A DNA stretch of 59,036 nucleotides from Macrostomum lignano (Eukaryota), in assembly GCA_002269645.1 (NCBI GenBank), contig NIVC01004125.1:1-59036 (forward strand), written 5' to 3'. Under the pieces are notes generated by a model that had not been told where the DNA came from, did not search any database, and worked only from the letters and a program-made list of their open reading frames with translations. Shown piece after piece: positions 45,176 to 56,979 of this stretch. A program made the translations under genes and the position numbers. The stretch's first letter is position 1. Each line of letters opens with the position of its first letter.

Positions 45176-48100
45176 CTACTCAATCAGCTTGGACTTCAGG
45201 AAGTCAACGAAGTCGTCAATAAGCGACGGCCAGGCGCCTGAAATGTCGGATTGCAGAAATGTACTTTTATTTATCTGCGCTTTTGCCTGTACCACAGGTA
45301 CTAGAATAACTAGATGGGGCACTCGGCGCATTTGCGACCCCCCCGTCCTTGGACTGAAGAGCCGTACGCAGCCTTCAGATACACATCTGCCCAGTGGGGC
45401 AGGTGTAATCAATAATAATAATAAACATTGTGCCACATTGCTCAATAGCCCGCAGCCTACCATTGGATCATAGTCGGCCAGGTTGTCCGGGTTGCTCACA
45501 AAGTCGAAAAATAAATTCCAGGTGTCGCGAGAGACTCCGCGCACCTTGGCCTCGCGCAGGAAACGAAACCAGGACTCGAGCAGCTGACCGAAGGCCCGCC
45601 ATTCAGCAGCAGGTTCCAGTAGGGGATGGCAGTCTCCACAGCTGCGGGGTGGCGAATTCGTCAGATGAAACTACTAACAGTAGAATAAAATCGGCGAATC
45701 GGTGAGTGGGGATAGGGATAGGGATCCCGGGAGTCGGGATTTCGGAAGTCAGGATAAGGACTCGGGGGTCGGGATAGGGATCTCGGTAGTCGGGATAGGG
45801 ATTTCGAGAGTCGGACCTCGGGAGTCGGGACCTAGGAGTCGGGACCTCGGATTCGGGATCTCATAAGTCGATATCCGGATCGGGACCTTTGGAAGTCGGA
45901 TCTCCGGAGTTTGGGATCTCCGGAGTCGGATCGGGATCTAGGGAGTCGGGATAGGGATTTCGAGAGTCGGGACCCGGGAGTCGGGTCGATATCCGGATTC
46001 GGGACCTTTGGAAGTCGGGATCTCCAGAGTCGGGATCTCCAGATTCGGATCGGGACCTCGGGAGTCAGGATGGATCTCAGGAGTCGGGATCGGGATTTTG
46101 GGAGTCGGGATCGGGATCTCGAGAGTCGGAATCGGGACCTCGGGAGTCGGGATCGGGACTTCGGAAGTCGGGATCTCCAGAGTCGGGATCGGGACCTCGG
46201 AGTCAGGATCCGGATCTCAGGAGTCGGGATCGGGATTTTGGGAGTCGGATCGGGATCTCGAGAGTCGGAATCGGGACCTCGGGAGTCGGGGTCACAAAAC
46301 TCGCGGATAGGGACCTGGAGTCGGATCGGGATCTCGAGAGTGCGGGATCTCGGGAGTTGGGATTGGTTTATCAAAGATCCGAATTTTCGTCGCAGACTTA
46401 CGCAGCACTTTGGAGTCCCGCGACTCCCTAGCGAAGTCAAACGTGAAGGCGTGCAGGTCGCGCAGCTGCCCGACGTCCTGGGCCAGAGCCCGCTCGTCTG
46501 GGCCAGCCGGGAGCGCAGCTTGTCGAGGCTGTCGGCGCCCAGACGGCCGAGGCCGGTGACGAATTCGGCTCTGGAGAACTCGCCCTGAACACCGGCCTGC
46601 AGCTTCCAGGCCAGCACGAGGGCGGTGAGGGACACCGGGTCGATGCGCAGATCGTCTAACAGGCGACAAACTCCGGTAGGGTTGATGCGGTCGGGGTCAT
46701 CCTGAGAGTAAAGGCAGCGGTGCACAATACTGCTCATAAGCCTTGGTATACGGTTCGGGAACCTTAGTTGAATTTGGCGTTCCCAGGCAAACCGCCTTTG
46801 AGAGTCATTCACAGAACATGTGGGCTGTCGTGCGATTCACAGCCATGAAGGCCAGTTCCAAAGGCACAGAGAGTCAGGACCGCTGTACACCCTGTGTGAG
46901 CGTGTGAGTGCGTGCCTGCGTACAGTATAGGCTCAGAAGTCAGTGGAATGGGCAGAATTGCCTCAGCGCTGGTTGTGTTGGCTCAGAAGTCAGTGGAATG
47001 GGCAGAATTGCCTCAGCGCTGGTTGTGTTGGCTCAGAAGTCAGTGGAATGGGCAGAATTGCCTCAGCGCTGGTTGTGTTGGCTCAGAAGTCAGTGGAATG
47101 GGCAGAATTGCCTCAGCGCTGGTTGTGTTGGCTCAGAAGTCAGTGGAATGGGCAGAATTGCCTCAGCGCTGGTTGTGTTGGCTCAGAAGTCAGTGGAATG
47201 GGCAGAATTGCCTCAGCGCTGGTTGTGTTGGCTCAGAAGTCAGTGGAATGGGCAGAATTGCCTCAGCGCTGGTTGTGTTGGCTCAGAAGTCAGTGGAATG
47301 GGCAGAATTGCCTCAGCGCTGGTTGTGTTGGCTCAGGAGTCAGTGGAATGGGCAGAATTGCCTCAGCGCTGGTTGTGTTGGCTCAGAAGTCAGTGGAATG
47401 GGCAGAATTGCCTCAGCGCTGGTTGTGTTGGCTCAGAAGTCAGTGGAATGGGCAGAATTGCCTCAGCGCTGGTTGTGTTGGCTCAGAAGTCAGTGGAATG
47501 GGCAGAATTGCCTCAGCGCTGGTTGTGTTGGCTCAGGAGTCAGTGGAATGGGCAGAATTGCCTCAGCGCTGGTTGTGTTGGCTCAGAAGTCAGTGGAATG
47601 GGCAGAATTGCCTCAGCGCTGGTTGTGTTGGCTCAGAAGTCAGTGGAATGGGCAGAATTGCCTCAGCGCTGGTTGTGTTGGCTCAGAAGTCAGTGGAATG
47701 GGCAGAATTGCCTCAGCGCTGGTTGTGTTGGCTCAGAAGTCAGTGGAATGGGCAGAATTGCCTCAGCGCTGGTTGTGTTGGCTCAGAAGTCAGTGGAATG
47801 GGCAGAATTGCCTCAGCGCTGGTTGTGTTGGCTCAGAAGTCAGTGGAATGGGCAGAATTGCCTCAGCGCTGGTTGTGTTGGCTCAGAAGTCAGTGGAATG
47901 GGCAGAATTGCCTCAGCGCTGGTTGTGTTGGCTCAGAAGTCAGTGAAATGGGCAGAATTGCCTCAGCGCTGGTTGTGTTGGCTCAGAAGTCAGTGGAATG
48001 GGCAGAATTGCCTCAGCGCTGGTTGTGTTGGCTCAGGAGTCAGTGGAATGGGCAGAATTGCCTCAGCGCTGGTTGTGTTGGCTCAGAAGTCAGTGGAATG

Positions 48101-50620
48101 GGCAGAATTGCCTCAGCGCTGGTTGTGTTGGCTCAGAAGTCAGTGAAATGGGCAGAATTGCCTCAGCGCTGGTTGTGTTGGCTCAGGAGTCAGTGGAATG
48201 GGCAGAATTGCCTCAGCGCTGGTTGTGTTGGCTCAGAAGTCAGTGGAATGGGCAGAATTGCCTCAGCGCTGGTTGTGTTGGCTCAGGAGTCAGTGGAATG
48301 GGCAGAATTGCCTCAGCGCTGGTTGTGTTGGCTCAGAAGTCAGTGGAATGGGCAGAATTGCCTCAGCGCTGGTTGTGTTGGCTCAGAAGTCAGTGGAATG
48401 GGCAGAATTGCCTCAGCGCTGGTTGTGTTGGCTCAGGAGTCAGTGGAATGGGCAGAATTGCCTCAGCGCTGGTTGTGTTGGCTCAGAAGTCAGTGGAATG
48501 GGCAGAATTGCCTCAGCGCTGGTTGTGTTGGCTCAGAAGTCAGTGGAATGGGCAGAATTGCCTCAGCGCTGGTTGTGTTGGCTCAGAAGTCAGTGGAATG
48601 GGCAGAATTGCCTCAGCGCTGGTTGTGTTGGCTCAGGAGTCAGTGGAATGGGCAGAATTGCCTCAGCGCTGGTTGTGTTGGCTCAGAAGTCAGTGAAATG
48701 GGCAGAATTGCCTCAGCGCTGGTTGTGTTGGCTCAGGAGTCAGTGGAATGGGCAGAATTGCCTCAGCGCTGGTTGTGTTGGCTCAGAAGTCAGTGGAATG
48801 GGCAGAATTGCCTCAGCGCTGGTTGTGTTGGCTCAGAAGTCAGTGGAATGGGCAGAATTGCCTCACCGCTGGTTGTGTTGGCTCAGAAGTCAGTGGAATG
48901 GGCAGAATTGCCTCAGCGCTGGTTGTGTTGGCTCAGAAGTCAGTGGAATGGGCAGAATTGCCTCAGCGCTGGTTGTGTTGGCTCAGAAGTCAGTGGAATG
49001 GGCAGAAATGCCTCAGCGCTGGTTGTGTTGGCTCAGGAGTCAGTGGAATGGGCAGAATTGCCTCAGCGCTGGTTGTGTTGGCTCAGGAGTCAGTGGAATG
49101 GGCAGAATTGCCTCAGCGCTGGTTGTGTTGGCTCAGAAGTCAGTGGAATGGGCAGAATTGCCTCAGCGCTGGTTGTGTTGGCTCAGAAGTCAGTGGAATG
49201 GGCAGAATTGCCTCACCGCTGGTTGTGTTGGCTCAGAAGTCAGTGGAATGGGCAGAATTGCCTCAGCGCTGGTTGTGTTGGCTCAGAAGTCAGTGGAATG
49301 GGCAGAATTGCCTCAGCGCTGGTTGTGTTGGCTCAGGAGTCAGTGGAATGGGCAGAATTGCCTCAGCGCTGGTTGTGTTGGCTCAGGAGTCAGTGGAATG
49401 GGCAGAATTGCCTCAGCGCTGGTTGTGTTGGCTCAGAAGTCAGTGGAATGGGCAGAATTGCCTCAGAAGGCGTTGCGTCAGGGCGGCCGCACCTATCCAG
49501 CAATTAGTAATATTATTACGAGGGGTGTCCCCGAAAAGTTCTGACACTTTTAATTCCAGAGCAAAAACAGTCGCAACTGCAAGCACAACTTTGGTGTCAT
49601 TTTAAAGCGGCACATCTCTGCTTTCCACTGAATTAAGTCGCGTGTATTTTGGTCATTTCATTCAAAAGTTACGTGTCTTAGAGTAAAAGTTAAAAAATAT
49701 AAAAGTCGATTTTTTGTGTTCAAAGAAACGAATTGTAGTCATTCATCATTATCATCCTTCAAGGCAGCCTTGTCAACGTAGTCTCCACCTGTAGCAACAC
49801 ACTTTTCACATCGCTTGAGCATTCCGTGCCTTCGGCCTTTCAAATGCACACTCATGATGGTGTCAAAAATCACAAAAATCAAAACACTTGACCTTTGCAA
49901 GGTGCAAAACAGTGAGATTTGCTTACAAGTGACGGAGTGTATAAAATACTCAACACAGAAATGGTGGACGGTAAGAGAGGGATGCACTGTAAATTAGAGC
50001 CGTTTTGTGTACGCTCGTAAACGATTGTACTTGCGTGCTGCAAACAAGATCCATAAAAAAGCTATGTACTTCACCTTTTACTCCTGTAAGACTATCTGCA
50101 GCATTTTGATGGTTTTTCACACACAATTTTTGAATGAAATGACCAATATACACGCGACTTAATTCATGACATGGGCACCCCTAGTATATTATCTTTAATG
50201 TATTATTCTATTCTTTTTCATTTATATGATCCTACTGCTCAACTTCCCTCAACCGAATGCATTCAACGACACCACAGTGATCGCTAGCCAATGGCAGGCC
50301 TCCCGCACCTGACTAACAACATCACCCCCAATTAGGCAGCTTCTGAGTCCTGGTTCTCAGGGCGGGAGGGATTAAGATCGCTACGTCCCGTGGTTGAGTC
50401 TCACCTGAGACCGGTAGGAGTTGAACAGCGCGGCCACCTTTCTGGTGTCAACAGACAGCCGCTCGTCATATTTGGCGGGGCTGCTGTAATAATCGTCCAC
50501 TGCTGCATCCAGGCGCCAGGCATTCTGGCTGAGGCACTGCAGCGCCACCGGCTCCTGCGCCTCTGTGCACTGCACGAACCGCTGCACGAGCTCACGCTGT
50601 TCTCGCCGTAGTCGGTTCAT
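45176..50620 (-). CDS. DCUN1D1: DCN1-like protein (NEDD8 E3; UBA-like + PONY/cullin-binding domain)
   Basis: Exons 50620-50405, 46701-46402, 45641-45461, ~45238-45176. Motifs MNRLRREQRELVQRFVQCT...WRLDAAVDDYY, LDDLRIDP...VLAWKLQA..QGEFSRAEF, FTFDFA, TAIPYWNLLL, SRDTWNLFFDF and YD..GAWPSLIDDFV. Three apparent 1-nt indels. Confidence 0.92.
45330..45392 (+). mobile_element. SINE family A 3' fragment, intronic
   Basis: TTGCGACCCCCCGTCCTTGGACTGAAGAGCCGTACGCAGCCTT matches the 3' part of 36410-36677. Confidence 0.7.
45700..46360. repeat. Degenerate GGGAGTCGGGATC-type repeat with a ~140-bp higher-order duplication, DCN1 intron 2
   Basis: Mixed GAGTCGG/GATCGG/GACCTCG units; 46021-46150 recurs at ~46170-46290. 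Confidence 0.88.
46850..46930 (+). mobile_element. SINE family B fragment directly upstream of the 50-bp satellite
   Basis: AAAGGCACAG...AGTCAGGACCGCTGTACACCCTGTGTGAG...GTGCCTGCGTAC matches family B (AGTCAGGGCCGCTGTACACTCCTATGTGAGTGTGTGC). Confidence 0.7.
46931..49466. repeat. 50-bp tandem satellite (GCTCAGAAGTCAGTGGAATGGGCAGAATTGCCTCAGCGCTGGTTGTGTTG)n, ~51 copies, DCN1 intron 1
   Basis: Near-identical head-to-tail units without spacers, with a few recurrent single-base variants. Confidence 0.98.
49519..50184 (-). mobile_element. Non-autonomous Tc1/mariner (mariner-type) element with transposase C-terminal remnant
   Basis: TA|CGAGGGGTGTCC left end and GGGCACCCCTAG|TA right end. A 38-bp inverted repeat with 1 mismatch at ~49631-49668 and ~50128-50165. 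The minus strand encodes KRCEKCVATGGDYVDK, typical of mariner transposase C-termini. Confidence 0.85.
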
Positions 50621-51279
50621 GAGCCAGATTGCACCGGATGTCAACTAATCTAGCTTTTGTTTTTGTTTGTAAAAGTACATTTCAATAACAACTAGCTAAT
50701 TACTTTCTTTGTTGTCGATCAATTTTAAAGACTAGGGCATAAAATAGTTCTAAATGCTAGTTATATTAGTTAAATTGTTTAAAACACAATTGAGTCACAA
50801 TTTCATTTTGTGCTCAAGCATATACCTTGCACATGTTTAATTTTTGTATAGAACACACATTGACTTTGCACAGTTTTTATTAGAATTCAGGTTGCCATTT
50901 ACCACAAGTGCCCAAAAATTGAGGTGAATTTTTTTCAAGTTAAATGTAGCATTAAAACAAATTTTGCAAACCGAACTTATGTTAAAAGTGCAAAGCAAAA
51001 TTAAAGGCTAACAAACTATGATATTATTCCTTTTTTATCTATCAAAGAATATAATCAAAATGCATGCTAAAACTTTAATGTTTCTCTTCATATATAATTT
51101 GCAATAGATTAAACTAATAGATTGGCTCAACCAATTTCTACCAAACTTACATTGTTAGTTAGAGATTTATTTGAATTTTGTTTTTTGGCCATGAGAATGC
51201 TTATTGCTAAGGGAGATTAACCATTCAATGCTAAAGATGATCTATTCTATACTACAAGCAAATTTTAATATCTCTCCTA

Positions 51280-52243
51280 TATAGAGATGCTAATACTGGG
51301 ATCCTAGTTTTGAAAAATACTAGTTTTGGGCCATTTTTTGGTATTACCAATACCAGTATTAGGGTCCAGTATTGGTCCAGTATTGGTCTAAAATTATGTC
51401 TGTTTTTTTTTACAAATTTGCAATTTTTTATTTAAATTGCATTTTCCTAGACATTAAAAAATGCTTTTGCTTTGGCTTTTAGCTTTAAATTTACTTGGAA
51501 TTTGAGGATTTCTTAGAATTGGGGAAAATGTTCAACTTATGCTACTATAAGGAGTAAGCCTGGGGATACTCCTGGTTGCATGAGTGTCTGAGAGGCAAGA
51601 CACTATCTAATCAATCCAATGGAGAGAGAAAGGAGAAGGGCCATGTGGTGGATTGGAGTTGCCTGGGAAATGGACATGCAAATGGGGAATAGATTTACAA
51701 CCATTTACAACCATATATTTGCTTGTATTTATAGTAATTTTACTAAATATGGTGGACAATTATTAACAAAATTTAAGCAATAGTATGTATATAGTAAGCA
51801 TAGTAAAGCAAGGCAACATATTTAACCACTTAATAAGGAAAAATAGAATTGAAATATGAGTAGCAGATACATGTTTTTGTGATCTATTTAATGAACAATA
51901 TAGCTGTATTAAGGTGAATATGATAAGGCAATCAATAAGACAATAAGGTAAGGCTATTAAGAATGCTACTAAAATGATAAATACTGTACAAACAATTACT
52001 ATTATTTCACAAATTGATTGGATTTAAAAGTCAGGACAATTCAGTAAATGATTTATAATGCATTCAAAAGATAGGCAATACAAAAATAATAGGTAAAATG
52101 CAATAAAATTAGATTTTTTTTATTTGGGAGCTAAATATGAAAAAAGCTATTGAATTCTAGTATGCAAAACCAGTATTGGCAAAATTCTGGTATTGAATAT
52201 TGGGATCCCAGTTTTGTGCAAGTCTGGTATTTTAGCATCCCTA
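51280..52243. mobile_element. Non-autonomous hAT-like element (MITE), ~960 bp
   Basis: Ends TAGAGATGCTAATAC / GTATTTTAGCATCCCTA (inverted). Subterminal ATACTGG/CCAGTAT motifs and ACTGGGATCC in both arms. 8-bp target-site duplication CTCTCCTA at 51272-51279 and 52244-52251, with 2 extra nt on the left. Confidence 0.75.
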
Positions 52244-52590
52244 CTCTCCTATGGCTATACCTAATTTTTGACTGTACAAATTATTGCATAGAACTTTTTA
52301 TCAACATTTATAAAAATAACAAAGATCAAAGCCTAGTATAACACATTTGCTAATTGCCAATATATGCAATATGGGCAATATGTGTTTTATTGAACTACAT
52401 TAGTAGTTTATTTAGCTGCAGCTGTTTTTGCTAAAATCGATCACATAGATAAGATAGATACCTAAACCTACCAACAAACCATTTTTAGTATAATGGAAGT
52501 CACAATTCTTTTCCTTTATTGGTAAGGTGAACTATGCTATGTACATACATCAATAATTAAAATAGTAGGCCTATTTAATAGATATGTTTA

Positions 52591-52950
52591 GGGGGGCCAT
52601 AGCCCAGCAGTAGTGCAGCTGCTTTGGTATGCCAGTGACCCAGGCTCGATTCCAAGTGCAGTCACATTAATTTGGGGCTGAATTGGAATCTTGGCTTGGC
52701 TCTGCTTGTGCAATTAATGGCCTTGAGAGCCAACCCTCCCAAGGCACAGTGAAGTTTACATGCCTAACGATAAATAAAGTCAGGGCCGCTGTACACTCCT
52801 ATGTGAGTGTGTGCTTGCATACATAACCGCGCACTTGTATGCCTGCTCAGGGGAGTTGGCGGAATGGGCAGTAATGCCTCTCGCCAGTTGTGTACCTATG
52901 TCGCTTAAAGTATGCCAGGGTGCACACAACCCCCCTGCCTCTAATAAAAA
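52591..52950 (+). mobile_element. SINE family B, full length
   Basis: A-box-like TAGCCCAGCAG, B-box GCTCGATTCC, same body as the other copies, A-rich tail. Confidence 0.85.
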
Positions 52951-54875
52951 AATAGATATGTTTTGCAATTTAGATACTAGACTGATTTTTTAAGCAACAA
53001 GAGATTTTTGCATTTTCAAGGGTTATTAAAGTATTGTACGTAACGCAATAAGTACTACACATTTCAGAAATTTCCATATACCATTGTTGCAAATTGTAGC
53101 AGCTCATGATTATTATTATCACAAATTATGTAAACCTATGTGAATAGTAATTTTTGGATATTAAAGATGTATGTTCAGTCATGTTTACTACATAGCAATC
53201 AAACTTTTACTTTTTAGTTATGCTTAAAAAATTTTCCTCATAGAATATTTTCTACAAAGAGCAGTAGGAAAAGTTTAAGGATCTGAAATGTAATATTAAA
53301 TTGCTTTCTTATTTTTGTATGCACTTTCAAACAATTATCGAAAGGTGCTATATTATCGGTGGTGTGCGCACTGTGCGGTCATTCATTTTGTCTGCTGCCT
53401 TTTTGTCGTCGGGCCTTTTCATATTGCTTGCTCTGGTTCCAGAACCAGAACCAATTTGTGAAGTATAACTTTTTGTCTCCATAACTATAGGGAAATACGT
53501 GCTATAAAGTTTTTATTATTGAATGACAATCGCCAAGAAGAAAGTGAAAAATTGTGCTAAGTTAGGTTGTTAAGGCAGTCAAATATTAACAGAGTTTAAT
53601 AGTTATACTGGTGTTTTTCTTGGAATTCCGAACCGATTCTGCTTCTGTAATTGGAGGCATTGGTAATATGAAAAGGCCCGTCGTCGTCTGCCGGCAGACG
53701 TAAAAACTTTTTTAAAAAGTGAAATATAGCTACGAAAACTGTTAAGCTTAATTTTCATAACAAGAAATTGCAAGTCATGCAAAAAGTTATTATGTAATAT
53801 TTTTTTGCATGCGTAATATTGTTTAACGCAGTATTTCAAAGAAAGATATATAATTTAAACATCCGTTAAAAAAGTGAATGCTCGATCATGAGCATTGTTA
53901 TGATCCCTGGCCCCATCCCGATGATAATAACGTATTTGCTGTCCTGTTGCAAAGTTTATATAAACTTGTAACTTCGAATTATATTTATTAATTTTAAATT
54001 TAATGATAAAATTCATTATTTCTTGACCTATATTTGACTAGAATTTCTCCTTTGATATCGAATTTCTCTTTCTCATAAGTTAAAATAATGCATGCATTAG
54101 ACCCCTTATGGCCCTATTCAAGGGTGTTGCCATAGATTTTATGGTAGAGGGGATAAAGCCAAGAGTTCTACATGTAAATGTACACTTATACATATTTTTT
54201 AGTATTTTCAGCACTCAGCACTCATTTTGGTGTTGCAGCCACTTTATTTTAGTGCCACAGGCACATTTTGGTGCTGCAGATATTATGTTTTGTTACACTT
54301 AAGCAAATTGATTTCTATACTGGGATACAAACTTGGGAGACAAAGCAATGGTATTCCCCACCATCTTTTACTGGAAGTATGTCCCTTTGGCAATACTTGT
54401 AAAATATAAGTGCATTTGCTGCTGCTATGCTAGGCCCACCTTTTTTGTCTGTGCTTATAGTATTATAATATAGTATGATACTATAATATAATACAATAAC
54501 ACTCAACTCCAATGAGCCAAAAGTAAAAGACAGCCAATTCTAGAATAAATTTCTTAAAAATTTTGTTTTGTCAATTTTTCTCTAAAAAACAATTATTTAA
54601 TTTTTAGTACTAGTAAATCTTTTTTTTTCATTTTTTAATGCCAATGCCAGCAATCTTTTAATCAATATTTGATATGGACTGATAACCTATATATTTATTT
54701 CAATCACCTACTGTGTGATTTGCTCTCCATGAAGTGTACATAGTACTTATTTTATAATTACTTATTTAAATTCTTTTCGTTTCATTAGCCATGAAATTTT
54801 GTTCAAAGATTCATAGAAAAATTCTAGCTGCTCTTTCATATACTATATTTTTTACAAAACTTTACTCACTAAATG

Positions 54876-55095
54876 ACCTGTATAACTTTTGACACATTTT
54901 TACAACACTTTAAAAGCTGCAAAAAAGTGTTAAAAAAAGTGCTATAATAGTTAACTTTTGCTGACACATTTTCTAACACTTTTTGCAATATTTTAATGTG
55001 TTTTTAGAAAGATTTGTTAGCAAAAGTTACATTTTAAATGTTGTAAAAGTATTGGAAGATATATCTTGTCTATAGTTGACAAAAGTTATAAAGGT
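54876..55095. mobile_element. Small foldback/MITE
   Basis: 18-bp inverted ends ACCTGTATAACTTTTGAC / GACAAAAGTTATAAAGGT (2 mismatches), plus internal inverted GTTAACTTTTGCTGAC / GTTAGCAAAAGTTAC. No TSD seen. Confidence 0.55.
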
Positions 55096-55267
55096 AGGTC
55101 TACTAAATTGCTTACATTTACATACATGATACATGTATATAAAATATTGTGTTAATTGGAAAAAAATAAAAGAAGTCTACAAATTTCTGCAAAAATATAT
55201 CATTGCTTAACTAATTTATACTTAGACCAATTCAGCTGCTCCCATTTTTGTCTATGACACTGGTTAC

Positions 55268-55889
55268 TTTGGTTTCCAGTTCATTTGTCTACTAACAGTT
55301 CATCTGCTAAGTAGATGAACCAACTTTTTCTTATAAAACTGTTTGTCTACTGGGAAATAGGGTGGGGATGATTGAGGAGTAGGGTGGGGACTACGGAACT
55401 ACCCAGCAACCTCTCTCCATTGGCGTCAACATTGTTAAAGTGGTTCACAATGGGTCTTTCATTGTTTGTTAATTTCACAATATACACCTACAATAAGTCC
55501 CCCCTCTCTCTAAACTGTTTTCCTTAGTAAACTTGCATGTTGCTATAGCTGCATCTAGAGCATGCATTAAAAAATGTAATGCATTTCAAATTTAAAAAAT
55601 TTTCAAAGAAGTCCCTAATAGGCCTATATATATGGATGACATTCGTCATTCAAAGAGACTAACTGTCTCTATAGCATTTTAACAATGTTAATGACAAGGT
55701 TGTGGGTTGGGCAGTTTCCCACCCCACCCTACTCTTTATCCTCACCTCAATTCCTAGTAGACAAACAGTTTTACAAAGAAATAACTTTTTGTCTACTCAA
55801 CAGATGAACTATTAGTAGACAAAACAACTGGCATCCATTATTTTTGCTAGCAGCCAAATTGTCAGCAGACAAATTGACTGGGAACCAAA
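55268..55889. mobile_element. Long-TIR foldback (MULE-like) non-autonomous element
   Basis: About 170-bp diverged inverted arms, e.g. TTTGTCTACTAACAGTTCATCTG vs CAGATGAACTATTAGTAGACAAA, AAAACTGTTTGTCTACT vs AGTAGACAAACAGTTTT, and AACATTGTTAAA vs TTTAACAATGTT. Confidence 0.65.
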
Positions 55890-56979
55890 TTTTTCTTAGT
55901 TAGGCTTATCAGTTGTTAGGGTCTAAAATATTGACATAATTTAGGCATAATATTTTCTCCACTCAGCTTTTTATAAGATTAGTTCTAATGTAAAACCAGA
56001 CTAATTCTGATTTCAGAACCAAATTAGTAGGAAAATGAAACCATCAAATGTATTCTATATCTTTAAATATTAGTCTTTTTAATTAAGCATAATATTTAGG
56101 CTACTTTTGTCATTCTTTGACTTATTTCATCCTTTCAGCTAATCTATATGACAATTTTATATTGTTTGTCCATCTTTGTCTGTCTTTGATTTTTTGAAAA
56201 CTATTAAAATTAGCTTTAAAAAGGTCTAATCTTCTGGCAACCATTTATAACCTTTTTGATAAAAAATTCATATGGGAAGTAGGTCAATTGTTTAGAAAGA
56301 GTTTTTTCATTTTTTTCAATAGGCACCTTTATTTTTTAATTTAGTTGCTTAGTTCAACCATTTAGGCCTCTCCTTGGCCTTTGTACAGTGTTCAATATTC
56401 ACAATATAGCTAAGGAGTTTTATGACCCTTTATGTGGCAGGCTTGCAATTTAATTGTGGTATTGATTGATTTTTATTGTTTATTTAACTAGTCTGATAGC
56501 CAATGATTAATGAAAGTATAGGGAATTATAAAGATTTTTTTGTTTCTAGATCAGAATTTTAAGGCCATGCTTAAGAAGTTAACAGGGTATATATTAGAAT
56601 GAAATTTTGGCAATAGCTAATTGTGTTCAAAAAAATGAAATTCTGTACCAGGAATATCTCTCTAAAAAGGTCATTTAAATGAAAGATTTTTTATTTTTAT
56701 ATGGCTTACCAGACTGTATACCAAATATACATAAAAAATGTAGCATATAAGGTACATTTTTTAAAGCATGGAAATAAAGTCTAGGCCTAAGGATAATAGA
56801 TCAATCTGTGATTAAAACAGCTAGTTAAAGCAAGCAACAAAATTAAGTTTGTTTATCTTTCATGATTGGCTAGATAAAAAGTGACAAAAGAAGTTGTTAT
56901 GATTTGTAGAAGTGTAGCTTGTCTAACAAATAGTAGGAAAATAAACGTCAACAAAAACATAAAAAGTAAACTTTGGTAA

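Noticed and set aside
45832-46400. RS-rich extension of the DCN1 exon-2 ORF
   Set aside because: It runs past a strong GTAAGT donor at 46401 into an intronic degenerate repeat, so it is not an SR-protein domain.
46908-49605. Long ORFs (up to 854 aa) and a CRISPR-like look in the 50-bp array
   Set aside because: Units are contiguous with no unique spacers and no cas genes are present. The ORFs exist only because the plus-strand unit lacks stop codons, and variant units introduce TGA. The array lies in an intron of a minus-strand gene.
54119-54399. Possible MITE with CAAGGGTGTTGCC / GGCAATACTTG ends
   Set aside because: The inverted match is short and gapped and no TSD was seen; insufficient support.
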